Assembly (NCBI GenBank): GCA_044892505.1
Contig: CM097883.1
Location: 242,358,001-242,422,000 of the forward strand
DNA: 64,000 nucleotides
Source: Schmidtea nova
Taxonomy: Eukaryota
Direction: 5' to 3'
Each line of letters begins with the position of its first letter. Within the stretch, counting starts at the first letter, position 1. The position numbers and the translations under genes were made by a program. A model generated the notes under the pieces. It worked only from the letters and a program-made list of their open reading frames with translations, was not told the DNA's origin and made no database searches. Below, in pieces: positions 54,044 through 64,000 of the stretch.

Positions 54044-54738
54044 ATAATAAATAATAATAAAGTAAAATTACAGTATTCAAAATAATTAATTCATATTAAA
54101 ATTAGCGTGGAGAATACCGGAACAACTGACGGATAATTATTTTTCTTTATTATTTTGTTTCCAGTATTCTTTGAAAGTTTGTATAGGAAAAAGTTTGTAT
54201 TTAATTTTTATAATTCTAAATGTATAGAGTTTTATATTGTCAAATTAGAATTTCGATTTAATGATGAGGTTTACATTCGGCTGATTCCTTCTCTTATTCT
54301 CTTATTTATGAATTAATTGATGTGATTGTTGGCGATTCTAAGTTTTCTGTATTGTTCTTTCCTCTGTTCTCGTTTATATTTTCAAACGTCATGGGTGANN
54401 NNNNNNNNNNNNNNNNNNNNNNNNNNNNNNNNNNNNNNNNNNNNNNNNNNNNNNNNNNNNNNNNNNNNNNNNNNNNNNNNNNNNNNNNNNNNNNNNNNNN
54501 NNNNNNNNNNNNNNNNNNNNNNNNNNNNNNNNNNNNNNNNNNNNNNNNNNTCCCTGATACAACCGGCAATAGTTTAATGAATAATTTCTAGTAACTATCT
54601 CCAAAAATGATTTATATTCTTGAAACACCTTATCTTCAATAAAAGCACATTCCAAATGCGCAAAAAAAATTCAAAAATTGGGTATTTAAATATGATTAAG
54701 ATATCAGACATAAAATAAATCATCCATACCAAAGTAAT

Positions 54739-55057
54739 GTTTATCTCTAGAAATATCCACCATTAATTATGGCCTGTTATTGTCGACATCGTGAAAGCCA
54801 GCACTATCTGACGACTTCTAACAAATGAAGCCAACAGATTCTCATTGATAATTCTATAAAAATTCTTTGTATATTTTTTGGAAATTTGTTGGTTTGATAA
54901 TCTTTTATTCCATTTCATTCAAATCAACCATACGAATACGGCGTTTATCTCTCTAGAAATATCCACCATTAATTATGACCTGTTATTCTCCACTCCATGA
55001 AAGCCAGCACTATCTGACGACTTCTAACAAATGAAGCCAACAGATTCTCATTGATAA
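54739..55057. repeat. Local direct duplication of about 113 bp (54739-54851 and 54943-55057)
   Basis: Read directly. Confidence 0.85.
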
Positions 55058-55411
55058 AGCTTGACACCATTTGATTTTGATAATAATTATTCCTTTTTCA
55101 AGTTCATTAAAACAAAAAAAAATAATTATTTACTCAATTTTTTATAAAGTTTTTCATTTTGAATAATAAATAATTATTTTAAAATAATTAGGGGAAGAAT
55201 TTTATAAATAGTATTAATTTTTCATTTTATCCTCTATGATTTTGTTGCTTATAAGAGAATCAAACATAAATTATACTCTTGTGCGCAACTTTTAAAAACT
55301 TAATTTATGCGTATTTATCAAATGTTTTATTGATGTTTAATATAGAATACGGTACAACTATTGTCATTTACAACCTTCGCCAAACGTAATCGTAAACCCA
55401 AGGAAAAAGCA

Positions 55412-55460
<49 letters not shown>

Positions 55461-55503
55461 CATAATTATCTTTTTGTTTCACCTTTGATCTTTTTTAATA
55501 TTA

Positions 55504-55673
55504 ATATCAATAATTCCCATTATGGTAAGACTACAGATCAAAATTTCTTTAAACAAGTACACAATATTTCAGCGCAGCCTTTATTAAGTTGATACAGGCT
55601 ATGCCGAAATATTGTGTAATTGTTTAAAGAAACTTTTGATCTATAGTCTTACCATTATGAGAATTATTGATAT
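55504..55673. repeat. 170-bp foldback (77-78-bp arms, 15-nt loop) related to the Penelope 3' tip at 62440-62510
   Basis: Arms 55504-55580 and 55596-55673 are near-perfect reverse complements and share ACTA(C/T)AGATCAAAA..ACACAATATTTC.GC.CAGCCT with 62440-62497. Confidence 0.85.
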
Positions 55674-55696
55674 ATATATATATATATATATATATA

Positions 55697-57530
55697 CAGG
55701 GGTGGGCTGCCAAATTTTGAACAAACGGCTCGCTATTATTTCAAAAAAACCGGTAAATGCGTACATTGTCTTCATTTATTTTTGTACAGTATAAAATATA
55801 TATAACAAAACAAATGCCTAATTAATTAATTAATTAATGTAGAGTCCATATGCCTTGTTCATTTGCAGAAACATCATTATTGTGCCCTCTTCTTACCCTT
55901 GTTTCTGTTGCTAACTTTTGATTCTGGTTCATCCAAGATGTAACAAAAGGAATGGCATCGAAATTTGCTATTGGTTTCCCCAATAAATTTATTGTCATTA
56001 GATTGTCATTTATTGTCATTACAGTCTATTAAGGTCATAAAAATATTTTCGGCAGTTGTTGAAGACAATTCTTTTAAATCTACGAAAATCATGAGAGGTT
56101 CAATTGCAGACTGTACATCACACTGTAAATATATTACCAAAGTACTTTTTGTAGCAAGTGTAAAAGCTTCGTCAATTATGATACAAATTTTTGAATTTTG
56201 ATTGATAATGTTTTTAAAAACAGTTTTTTTAATCTGCATCGCAATATGTTCGACAATTCTAGTGGCAGTGCGTCTGGAATGTAAACAATTTCCTATATTA
56301 ACACCATTTTTTTCTTGTAATTTCAAAGCTGCTTCTATATCAGACAATGGTCTGTTTCGTTTAACAAGACTATAAACTGTGTTGAAAATTTTTACAGTAA
56401 TGTTAATTGCTTCATAATTTAATATTTTCATTACATTTGGTAAAACTTGTTTGTTAGATTGAATAATTGTTTCTTGAATTTCTAAATGTGAGCATGAAGT
56501 GGAATGTTCTTTAATTTTTTTGCGTAGAGAAGCTTGCCTTGTGTCTTTTTTAGTTCCATTAGGAATTATTGAACATGAAATCCACTCATTTGATACGTGA
56601 ATATGTTTTTTGTTTTCTATTCCTAAAGTTTTTATTTTTGAACAGTCTTTACAACCTAATTTGCCATCTTTTACCACTAACCATTTATATTGTTCTGTGA
56701 ACAAACTCACTTGTTTTTCTGTCCAACAATTTGGAAGTTGACTATTGCGTACTGTGCATGATTCCAATGATATTGTAGATGGTGCTGATGAACATGAAGC
56801 TGATGTTTCATTTGAAGTTGATTGTATAGGTTCAATATCTGCAGAATTTATTGTTTTCTCTAGTATTTCTTCATTGAGTTTTTTTTGTTTGACATTTACA
56901 AAGGACAATAAATTTCATTGCACTCTCTTCATTTTTTAATAAAAAAAATCTAAAATTTAAATATTGCCATTATTAATTAGTTTAATTGCTAAGGTAAAAT
57001 TAAATTTTTAATTTACATAAATAAACAATTGTAAATTATTATTTACAAATAATAATTTACAATTGTTTATTTATGTAAATTAAAAATTTAATTTTACATA
57101 TATTACTTACCTTAGCAATTAGACTAATTAATTGTATTTTGTATTGTCAATTCAGTAAAAAAAGTAAGTTTTTATAGTAAATATAATCTGTAGAAAACGA
57201 ACAAATTATAAAAATAATAAAGTTGCAACAAGTAACGAAGGAAATAATAAAGCGGGCGATAACATGTGCAGTGTGCCGAAGCTTCACAACTTGTGACTCA
57301 CTCACAAGCACAAGCGAAGCACTTCGTATTTTACGTACGCACAAGATGTGTGTATTGTGTTGCGCACATGATATGTTTGCGAGTGTGTGGCACATCGGCG
57401 CGATAAACATTTATTTAAAATTACTATTAAAATGGCTTATTTTTGGTTTTAGGGTTAATTTAACGAGCGGCTCGCCGAGTTTCAAAGATTTTAACAACCG
57501 GCTCGCGCGAGCCGGCTCATCCCACCCCTG
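55697..57530 (-). mobile_element. Internally deleted hAT transposon (KIAA1586/ZNF862-like transposase)
   Basis: TIR CAGGGGTGGG / CCCACCCCTG; TATATATA on both flanks. Confidence 0.9.
55834..56908 (-). pseudogene. hAT transposase: N-terminal half joined to the extreme C-terminus
   Basis: WLVVKDGKLGCKDC, RPLSD, ICIIIDE..T and ELSSTTAENI; then INLLGKPIANFDAIPFVTSW. The catalytic middle is missing. Confidence 0.85.
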
Positions 57531-57669
57531 TATATATATATGTATATGTATGTATATATAACCAATAGTGGAAACTTAAATAAATTAACTTACTTACTTA
57601 AATAGTTATTTTCAATACCATTATTGAGAATATCTATATAGTAAATAATATTATAAATAATTGGAATAA

Positions 57670-58095
57670 CATGGGGGAAAACCGATAGGGTGATTGAAAT
57701 AGTATTCTAAAACTTTGAGGAGAAAACAGAAAAGCAAATAATTGAGAAATGAGATGGAATAACAAAAGAAAAGAAATTCAACAATAAAGCTGAGAATGGT
57801 CACTTATAATTAAAAAGTGCAGGAAAACAAAAAATAATTCCAAAATTGGAAAACAAAAACGAAAATAAAATCGGCATCTCGACAGCTGTCAGAGGTAACG
57901 TGGGAACTAAGAAAAAAGTATGGAAAATGCCAGAAGCAAAACGAAAAAAATAAATTATCCCGAGTGCTGAGTTGAAAAAATAAAATAGAAAATTCCAGAG
58001 ACAGTAATGGGAAATTCATAATCGGTTCAATTAGTTATTGTTAAAGAAAGAACACAGGAGTCAGATATCAACAGACTTCTCGTTAATAATCCAAC
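57670..58095 (-). repeat. LTR-like fragment ending CCAACA
   Basis: Terminal GAACACAGGAGTCAGATA..TAATCCAACA is shared with 53995-54043. Confidence 0.55.
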
Positions 58096-59514
58096 AGACG
58101 CATCCCAACAATGTTTTAATCTTTTTACCATAATTTTGCAACATTGTTGTAAGATATTGAGCAATTATCCTGGTAGATGTTATCTTAATCCTTTAATATA
58201 GGTTTTTGGTGATTTTGTAGTAAATGTTTATTTACCTTTATAAACCGATATTGATCGGGCTAACCATTCGATTGAGGTACATATCCTTACAGCCTCTCCT
58301 TATGAATGTCGTATATTTAATTGATGTCAATACTTTTTTACTGACCAATTTTAAGCGTTTGTAAAGATATCATATATATTAATTTAATATCCTTCAAAAT
58401 TTGTTTAACGGTCAAAATAAGTCAAAATTTTATCTAAAAAGCCTATCATTATTAGGTAGTTGAGTGCGCCCTGGCTAACAAAGAAATGACTCATCGGGTA
58501 AGTGATGAGTCTTCGTGATGACTCATTGACCGGATCAGGCGTGAGTAGGGTTACAAGATGACGTGTAATTCTTGTTGTTTTGACTCATGGCGTGTCGAAT
58601 ACGTCATGTCAAGTTAAAAAACTCAAATATTTGTCTATCTTTTAGCAAAAACACTGTGAGCCACTGGCTTAAATCGCTAACTTTTTGACAGATTGACATA
58701 TGATAAATATTAAATATTCTTACGACAAACCGTTATTAGGCTACAATTTGACATGTCTATTGTTTTTGTGGACCCTAAAGGTGCACCATGGCAAGGTCGC
58801 AAATGATCCAAGTCATGAAATTATTTTCAATTTTCAAAAAGATTTTCGGTGACACCCCCTCCAATACAAACCAAAGGTCGTACGAAAAACAGTTTTAGTG
58901 ATTCAGAATCAGAAAATTATTCTATGACATTTATCTCAGAAATACATTTTGATACGACCCTTCATTTAGCCGGAAACGGGCAGCAAAGGTTTTTTCTTTT
59001 TGTTTTATCAAAAACTTAGGAAATTCTTTTTTTAAGTTTTTAAATATCTCGTCAATGGATCAACATATAGTCATTGTAAAATATTCATCTTAATTCGAAT
59101 CTAAAGATTTGATTTTATTATTTATTTTTAATTAATAATAATTTTTAACTTATTTAATTCTTAAATATATTTTAAGTGATTTTAATATTACTTTTTATAA
59201 GTAAAATTATTTATATTTTTGTTCACTTTTGACCTGTTTTTAATTTAAAATTTCTTTTATCTTTAAATAATTTTTAACTTTAGATCAGGGTTAGTCAACC
59301 TTTTCATACCTATCGCCCACTTTTTCACCTCGATTGGTAGTAAAATATTGTTACCTCCCACCTGTTCTACAGTATTGACAATTGACCATTTATAAAGTAG
59401 AGTTACTGAAAATTAAAGCATACAAATACAATATTTTAGTACAGTAGAAAAATACGTATTTGTTGAATTTTAATAAAAGATATTGTGTTGAGTGACTTTA
59501 ATTAATCTTAAAAA

Positions 59515-60309
59515 GGTTGGGTTATTAACGAATAGTCGGTAAGTATCTGACTCCTGTGTTATTTCTTTGACAATATTGAATTAAACCCAACACAATAATC
59601 TTTATTCTTAAATTATCAAATGCAATCTCGATTACACAAAGTTACACAAATGTCCTCTGCACTCTCCTTGCGTTAGGGTAGATAATCCAATGGGAAATCT
59701 CTCTTTCTGGTACGCAGGAAAAATTGATAAATTGGAACTCTAACGTTCAGTTCTCGTTCAAGCTTCCATTTCGTTCTTTCAGTCTATCCCTCAAGTCGTA
59801 AGTTTTTGTTTCGACTGGACTGGCAAATACGGACATTCTGGCTCGGTTTTTAAAGCGCCTTGTCACTTACTCTTGTCGCGCCTTAATTAAGCTATCAGCC
59901 AATTAATTAAATTTGCTATATCCGCTAAGTGGATTTGGGGCTTATCCTCGAACACTTTTCCATTAATCAATTTATTTTCCTAATTATATGAATTTGTTGA
60001 TGCCCGGGTTTCTTACATCGCTCGGGTTTCCCATTAGGCAATTAATTATTTTTAATTAGTTTGTTTTTTCTTAATATTTCCTTCTGGGGACCCTTTTTAT
60101 TTTATATACCCATATTTGAATTCATCTTATCATTTGGCATCGTCCGATGCCGGTTTCCCCCTCTAAATCATTATTTTTGAATTTTATAACTTTTTAATTA
60201 ATGTTTGCACTTTAATTATCATTTTTACAATTTTGTATTTCTTTTGATTCGCACATAGATTTTGTTTCTTTTAATTTAATTTTTCTGTTTTTTTAAAACA
60301 ACCCCAACA
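59515..60309 (-). repeat. Probable solo LTR (GGTTGGG..CCCCAACA)
   Basis: Inverted ends; A-rich flanks on both sides; same family as 52806-54043. Confidence 0.65.
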
Positions 60310-60429
60310 AAAGTCCACGAGGAATCACAAATTTATACAAACTTAAAAATAGATCCAGCATTATTCAAACGTACGTCTATCAAAATTGGCTCAAATACTT
60401 AATGCTTTGCAGATAGTTTTGTAGAGGTC

Positions 60430-61030
60430 CTTATTAACCTTCTTAAGACGTCTACCTCACGAAGAAGAATGGAAGCCTGATGTAATAATTATTTTCCACA
60501 GCCTCAAAATTTATTTAATGTATTTCATTTGATGACAATTTATTTTGTATTAACATATCTGGGCTTGAAATATGTCTATGACTGTGAGTCTTGATGAGCC
60601 TAGTAAAAGAAGTATAGATTACAACCCAAAGAAAAGGGTCAATTTCTTTTCTTCCAAGAATTGTTCACGATACGAACATCGGTGTTCGCTAGTGTTTTAT
60701 CCAAAATACATGCGTTTATTAAGCAGAAATTTTTATATTTTAATGAGTTATAGACGACCCATGAAAATGAATTGTCCGAAAATACCGATTCAATGATTTT
60801 AATATCCAATTCGCAATGTCAGTAATTATTAGACTATTGAAGACGTGCAGTTGAAAATAAGGAAAAAGTTATTCAAATTCACCTCATATTATATGTGGAA
60901 GAAATCTGCAATAAGGACAATGGCCTCATACAGACAACTACTAATTGGAAGGAAAACGCTAACATAATATGACAGTGCTGGCAGACCCATGCAAATGTCC
61001 ATAAATGATACATTCGTATGAACGCACTAA
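60430..61030 (+). mobile_element. Possible highly decayed piggyBac-like remnant
   Basis: TTAACCTT start, SLDE and YNPKK fragments and Cys-rich end; weak. Confidence 0.3.
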
Positions 61031-61481
61031 TAAATAATATGAATAAATATTTAATTTGAATTTTAGTCTTTTTTTAAAAATTTCACAGTTGAATATTTCA
61101 CGGCCCAGTAAATCATTTTGTCTGGATGATCATTAAATGGGAGAAGTGTCGAAATCAATTGTGACAGTGAGGAAAGAGAACAGACACAATCAAACGAAAT
61201 AGCAATTAATGCCAGCAAGTCGTTGCGTTAAACAGTTCATCTGTTTTATTTGGAAATTATTATTATTATAATCAACATCAGATGAAATGATATCTATATA
61301 AGGTTAATGAATAATTTCAATAATGAATCTGAAAATTATTATGNNNNNNNNNNNNNNNNNNNNNNNNNNNNNNNNNNNNNNNNNNNNNNNNNNNNNNNNN
61401 NNNNNNNNNNNNNNNNNNNNNNNNNNNNNNNNNNNNNNNNNNNNNNNNNNNNNNNNNNNNNNNNNNNNNNNNNNNNNNNNN

Positions 61482-62235
61482 TAAAGATCGGTTTACTGAC
61501 CTGACTGCTCGTGTTCTTTAATTATCGAAATCAATGAACCCAACACTGAACAATTTATTTAATGATCTCCACAAATTGCAACCTCTGTTACCTACACTCC
61601 TGACCAATTTGCGCTCTCTTCCTGATTCGGATTTGATTCTCTAGTTATAAAATATTTTCATCACTTTGTCTCTTTCGAATTCCTCACTCTCTCTTTGTTA
61701 GTTTTGAGTAATTTTTAATACTTTCTGTTTTTAACTCTCAATTCGTCGGCCCCGTCCTCTGCTTTGCACTGCCTTTTATATATCTCGCAAATGACAATTA
61801 AATTTTATCAATAACTAAAAGTTACCCAATGTTGGGCTTAACTGTTTTAATTACAAATTATTGTGATTGCGTCGGGTGGCTTTTCCTTAATTGCCCTGCG
61901 CAATCTCCCGACTTTGATCTCTCTATTCTCTACTGATCTCGGGCTTCCCTCATCGCTTGGGTTTCCCATTTCCTTGAGCTTCCCATTGAGCGATTAATTA
62001 ATTTTAATTAGTTTGTTTTTACTATATAAATTTCTCTAGGGTCCCCTTACTAAATTTCTGTTATTATTTTTGGTTTCGTCTTTTGATTTGGCATTCAACC
62101 ATACTCATTTCCCCCGATGAATATTAATTTTTAATTTTTAATAAATTTTAATTAATTTTTTGCACGTTTATTTATTTTGATATTTCATTGCTTTTACCAT
62201 TCTTTCTTGTTACTTTTGTGATTTTTATACTAACC
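61482..62235 (-). repeat. Close copy of the 43139-43911 LTR-like repeat, bounded by gaps
   Basis: Long near-identity (AAGATCGGTTTACTGACCTGACT..TTTTTATACTAACC). Confidence 0.85.
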
Positions 62236-62474
62236 NNNNNNNNNNNNNNNNNNNNNNNNNNNNNNNNNNNNNNNNNNNNNNNNNNNNNNNNNNNNNNNNN
62301 NNNNNNNNNNNNNNNNNNNNNNNNNNNNNNNNNNNNNNNNNNNNNNNNNNNNNNNNNNNNNNNNNNNNNNNNNNNNNNNNNNNNNNNNNNNNNNNNNNNN
62401 NNNNNNNNNNNNNNNNNNNNNNNNNNNNNNNNNNNNNNTGACTATAGATCAAAATTTTTTTTTTATAAACAATA

Positions 62475-62508
62475 ACACAATATTTCGGCACAGCCTTTAT
62501 CAAGTGTG
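62475..62508 (-). ncRNA. Degenerate hammerhead-like motif in the Penelope 3' region
   Basis: CACAC-TTGATAA-AGGC.TGT.GCC-GAAA-TA-TT-GTGT; the core CTGANGA has decayed to TTGATAA. Confidence 0.4.
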
Positions 62509-62606
62509 TATTTCTATCGTTATATTTACTTAATCCTAAATAGTAGCCTTAATTATTTTTTTAATATTTTATAATGATTTTATTGGATGAAAAAATTTAT
62601 TTTATT

Positions 62607-64000
62607 TTAATTTTTTTGTGCGAATTGAATGTTGATGGACGGTTTGTATTTTTTTATGAAAAAAGTCTCGGAAGCTAATCTTTGTAATGAATTTTTGAAT
62701 CCCTCTTGTAGGATCTGGCATTTTGTTTCTTCTATAGATGGAGTTGTTTTATGTACTTTTTCCCAGTGTTCGTAATAATTACTGGTTTTGATTTTAGTAT
62801 GTTCATTAAGTCGGGTGCGAAAAGTTCTATGTGTTTCTCCTATGTAAGTAGCGTCACATTTTTGACAAGAAAGTTTATATACTATATTTTTGGAAAAGCA
62901 AAAGCATCGGGTTGTGGAACGACAAAGACATTTATGTTTGGAGATGTTGGAAATTGGTGGCTTTCGGAGTTGTGATTTTAACGGTGCGGAGGTTATGAAC
63001 GTTGGACGGATGTGGATAGGCAAATCTGTTTGATTAAAAATGTTGGTGATTTTGTTGGCTGTAGTGTCATTTAGGAAAGGTAATCTTAGATATGTTGTGT
63101 GTTTGTTATTGTTATTGTGTTTCTGGTGTTTTCTATTGTTGCGTTTATTGTGGTATGGTTCGTTAAGGAAGTGTTTCTTTACAAAGTCTTCAGGGTATCC
63201 ATTTTGGAGGAATCGTATTTTGAAGTTTTCTAATGTTTCTTGTATTTTGTTTGCGTCTGAACAGTTTCTTATGGCTCTTTTTCTTTCTCCTATTAGTAAT
63301 GCGATTTTGCGTTGAAGTGGAACGTGGCTTTTCCATGGGAGGATATGACCGCTATGTAAACCTTTATAATATAGCTCGGTGTTTGCATTTAGTGTATCTT
63401 GGCCTTTTGTGAAACTTACCATGGTATCTAAAAACGGTATTTTACCTTCTGTGTTCGGTGTTTCAAAAGTAAATTGTATGTTGGTGTTAGTAGAATTTGC
63501 GTGTGATAGGATTTGATTGAGAGGGATTGTGGAGACTATGAAGATGTCGTCGATGTATCGTTTCCAGAAAAGTATTTTGTCCCCAAAAAAAGATATGATC
63601 TTAGATTCTATAAAGTTCATGTAGAAGATGGCTAAGATGGGAGAAAGGTTATTACCCATGGCTAATCCATGAATTTGTTTGAATGGTTTTTCTTTAATTA
63701 TGACAGTATCTGAATTTATTGCTAATTTTAGAAGTTCTATAAAGTCTTGTTTAGTTAAGTCTGCGAGGTCAGTATTGGCTTTATGAGTTTCAAAGAAAGA
63801 AGCTGCGATATCGAAAATGTTATTCTCTCCGTGAAGAGGAATAGATCCGTAAAGATTGGAAACGTCAAGAGATCCCCAGAAGTACTGTTGTCCTGAGTTT
63901 AACGGAAGAGACGTATTTGTAATTTCGGAGACGAATTCAGTTGTGTTTTTAAGATGAGAAGGAACCAAAGGCAAAAGTGTTTTTAGAATTTCTGAAAGAA
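62607..64000 (-). CDS. Penelope-like element ORF: RT plus GIY-YIG endonuclease; continues beyond the window
   Basis: SLDVSNLY, GLAMGNNLSP, RYIDDIF, PFLD, NGYP; IVYKLSCQKCDATYIGET.RT..RLNEH. The frame is open to the window end. Confidence 0.95.
   Translation of the reverse strand, partial: LSEILKTLLPLVPSHLKNTTEFVSEITNTSLPLNSGQQYFWGSLDVSNLYGSIPLHGENNIFDIAASFFETHKANTDLADLTKQDFIELLKLAINSDTVIIKEKPFKQIHGLAMGNNLSPILAIFYMNFIESKIISFFGDKILFWKRYIDDIFIVSTIPLNQILSHANSTNTNIQFTFETPNTEGKIPFLDTMVSFTKGQDTLNANTELYYKGLHSGHILPWKSHVPLQRKIALLIGERKRAIRNCSDANKIQETLENFKIRFLQNGYPEDFVKKHFLNEPYHNKRNNRKHQKHNNNNKHTTYLRLPFLNDTTANKITNIFNQTDLPIHIRPTFITSAPLKSQLRKPPISNISKHKCLCRSTTRCFCFSKNIVYKLSCQKCDATYIGETHRTFRTRLNEHTKIKTSNYYEHWEKVHKTTPSIEETKCQILQEGFKNSLQRLASETFFIKKYKPSINIQFAQKN

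Noticed and set aside
54739-55057. Hammerhead in the duplicated unit (CTGACGA-CTTC..GAAG)
   Set aside because: No GAAA box after the stem; kept only as a direct repeat.
59284-59330. hAT-like end CAGGGTTAGTCAACCTTTT
   Set aside because: No matching second TIR found.
37015-62503. ORFs containing long X runs, and the (IY)n ORFs at 41512 and 55612
   Set aside because: Artefacts of N gaps and (TA)n microsatellites.

Overview
AT-rich eukaryotic genomic DNA made almost entirely of transposable elements, with six N gaps. A planarian-like invertebrate host is my inference, not shown. Bases 1-29806 hold one giant, young Ty3/Gypsy LTR retroelement on the minus strand. Its 5' LTR is about 27574-29806 and its 3' LTR is cut by the window start (1-792, about 5 substitutions versus 29015-29806). 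It has a tRNA-Pro-like PBS and a predicted span of about 31 kb, or about 28 kb without a nested insertion. The coding region is highly unusual. One 4197-codon ORF encodes Gag, a ubiquitin-like array, a Bcl-2-like domain, a signal peptide plus a chuvirus/gB-like (class III) envelope with TM, then protease, RT, RNase H, integrase and ankyrin repeats. One +1 shift and one in-frame TAA extend it into more ankyrins and a duplicated FN3-like/TM surface cassette, giving about 5,670 codons. Separate cargo ORFs encode an IAP-type RING, a full TRAF, two coiled-coil proteins and a small type-I membrane protein. Four consecutive 3' cargo ORFs are each followed 14-18 nt later by TGTAAATA, which matches the Pumilio element and overlaps poly(A)-like sequence. 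A deleted CsRn1-like gypsy element with a ubiquitin-like-GG-Gag fusion is nested in the leader (TSD CCCTC). The rest of the window holds mariner, hAT, Chapaev-like and Penelope remnants, probable solo LTRs with TGTTGG..CCAACA ends, hammerhead-like motifs, and adjacent ABCD and RNR-R2 gene fragments. All domain calls are by-eye motif recognition; no searches were run.
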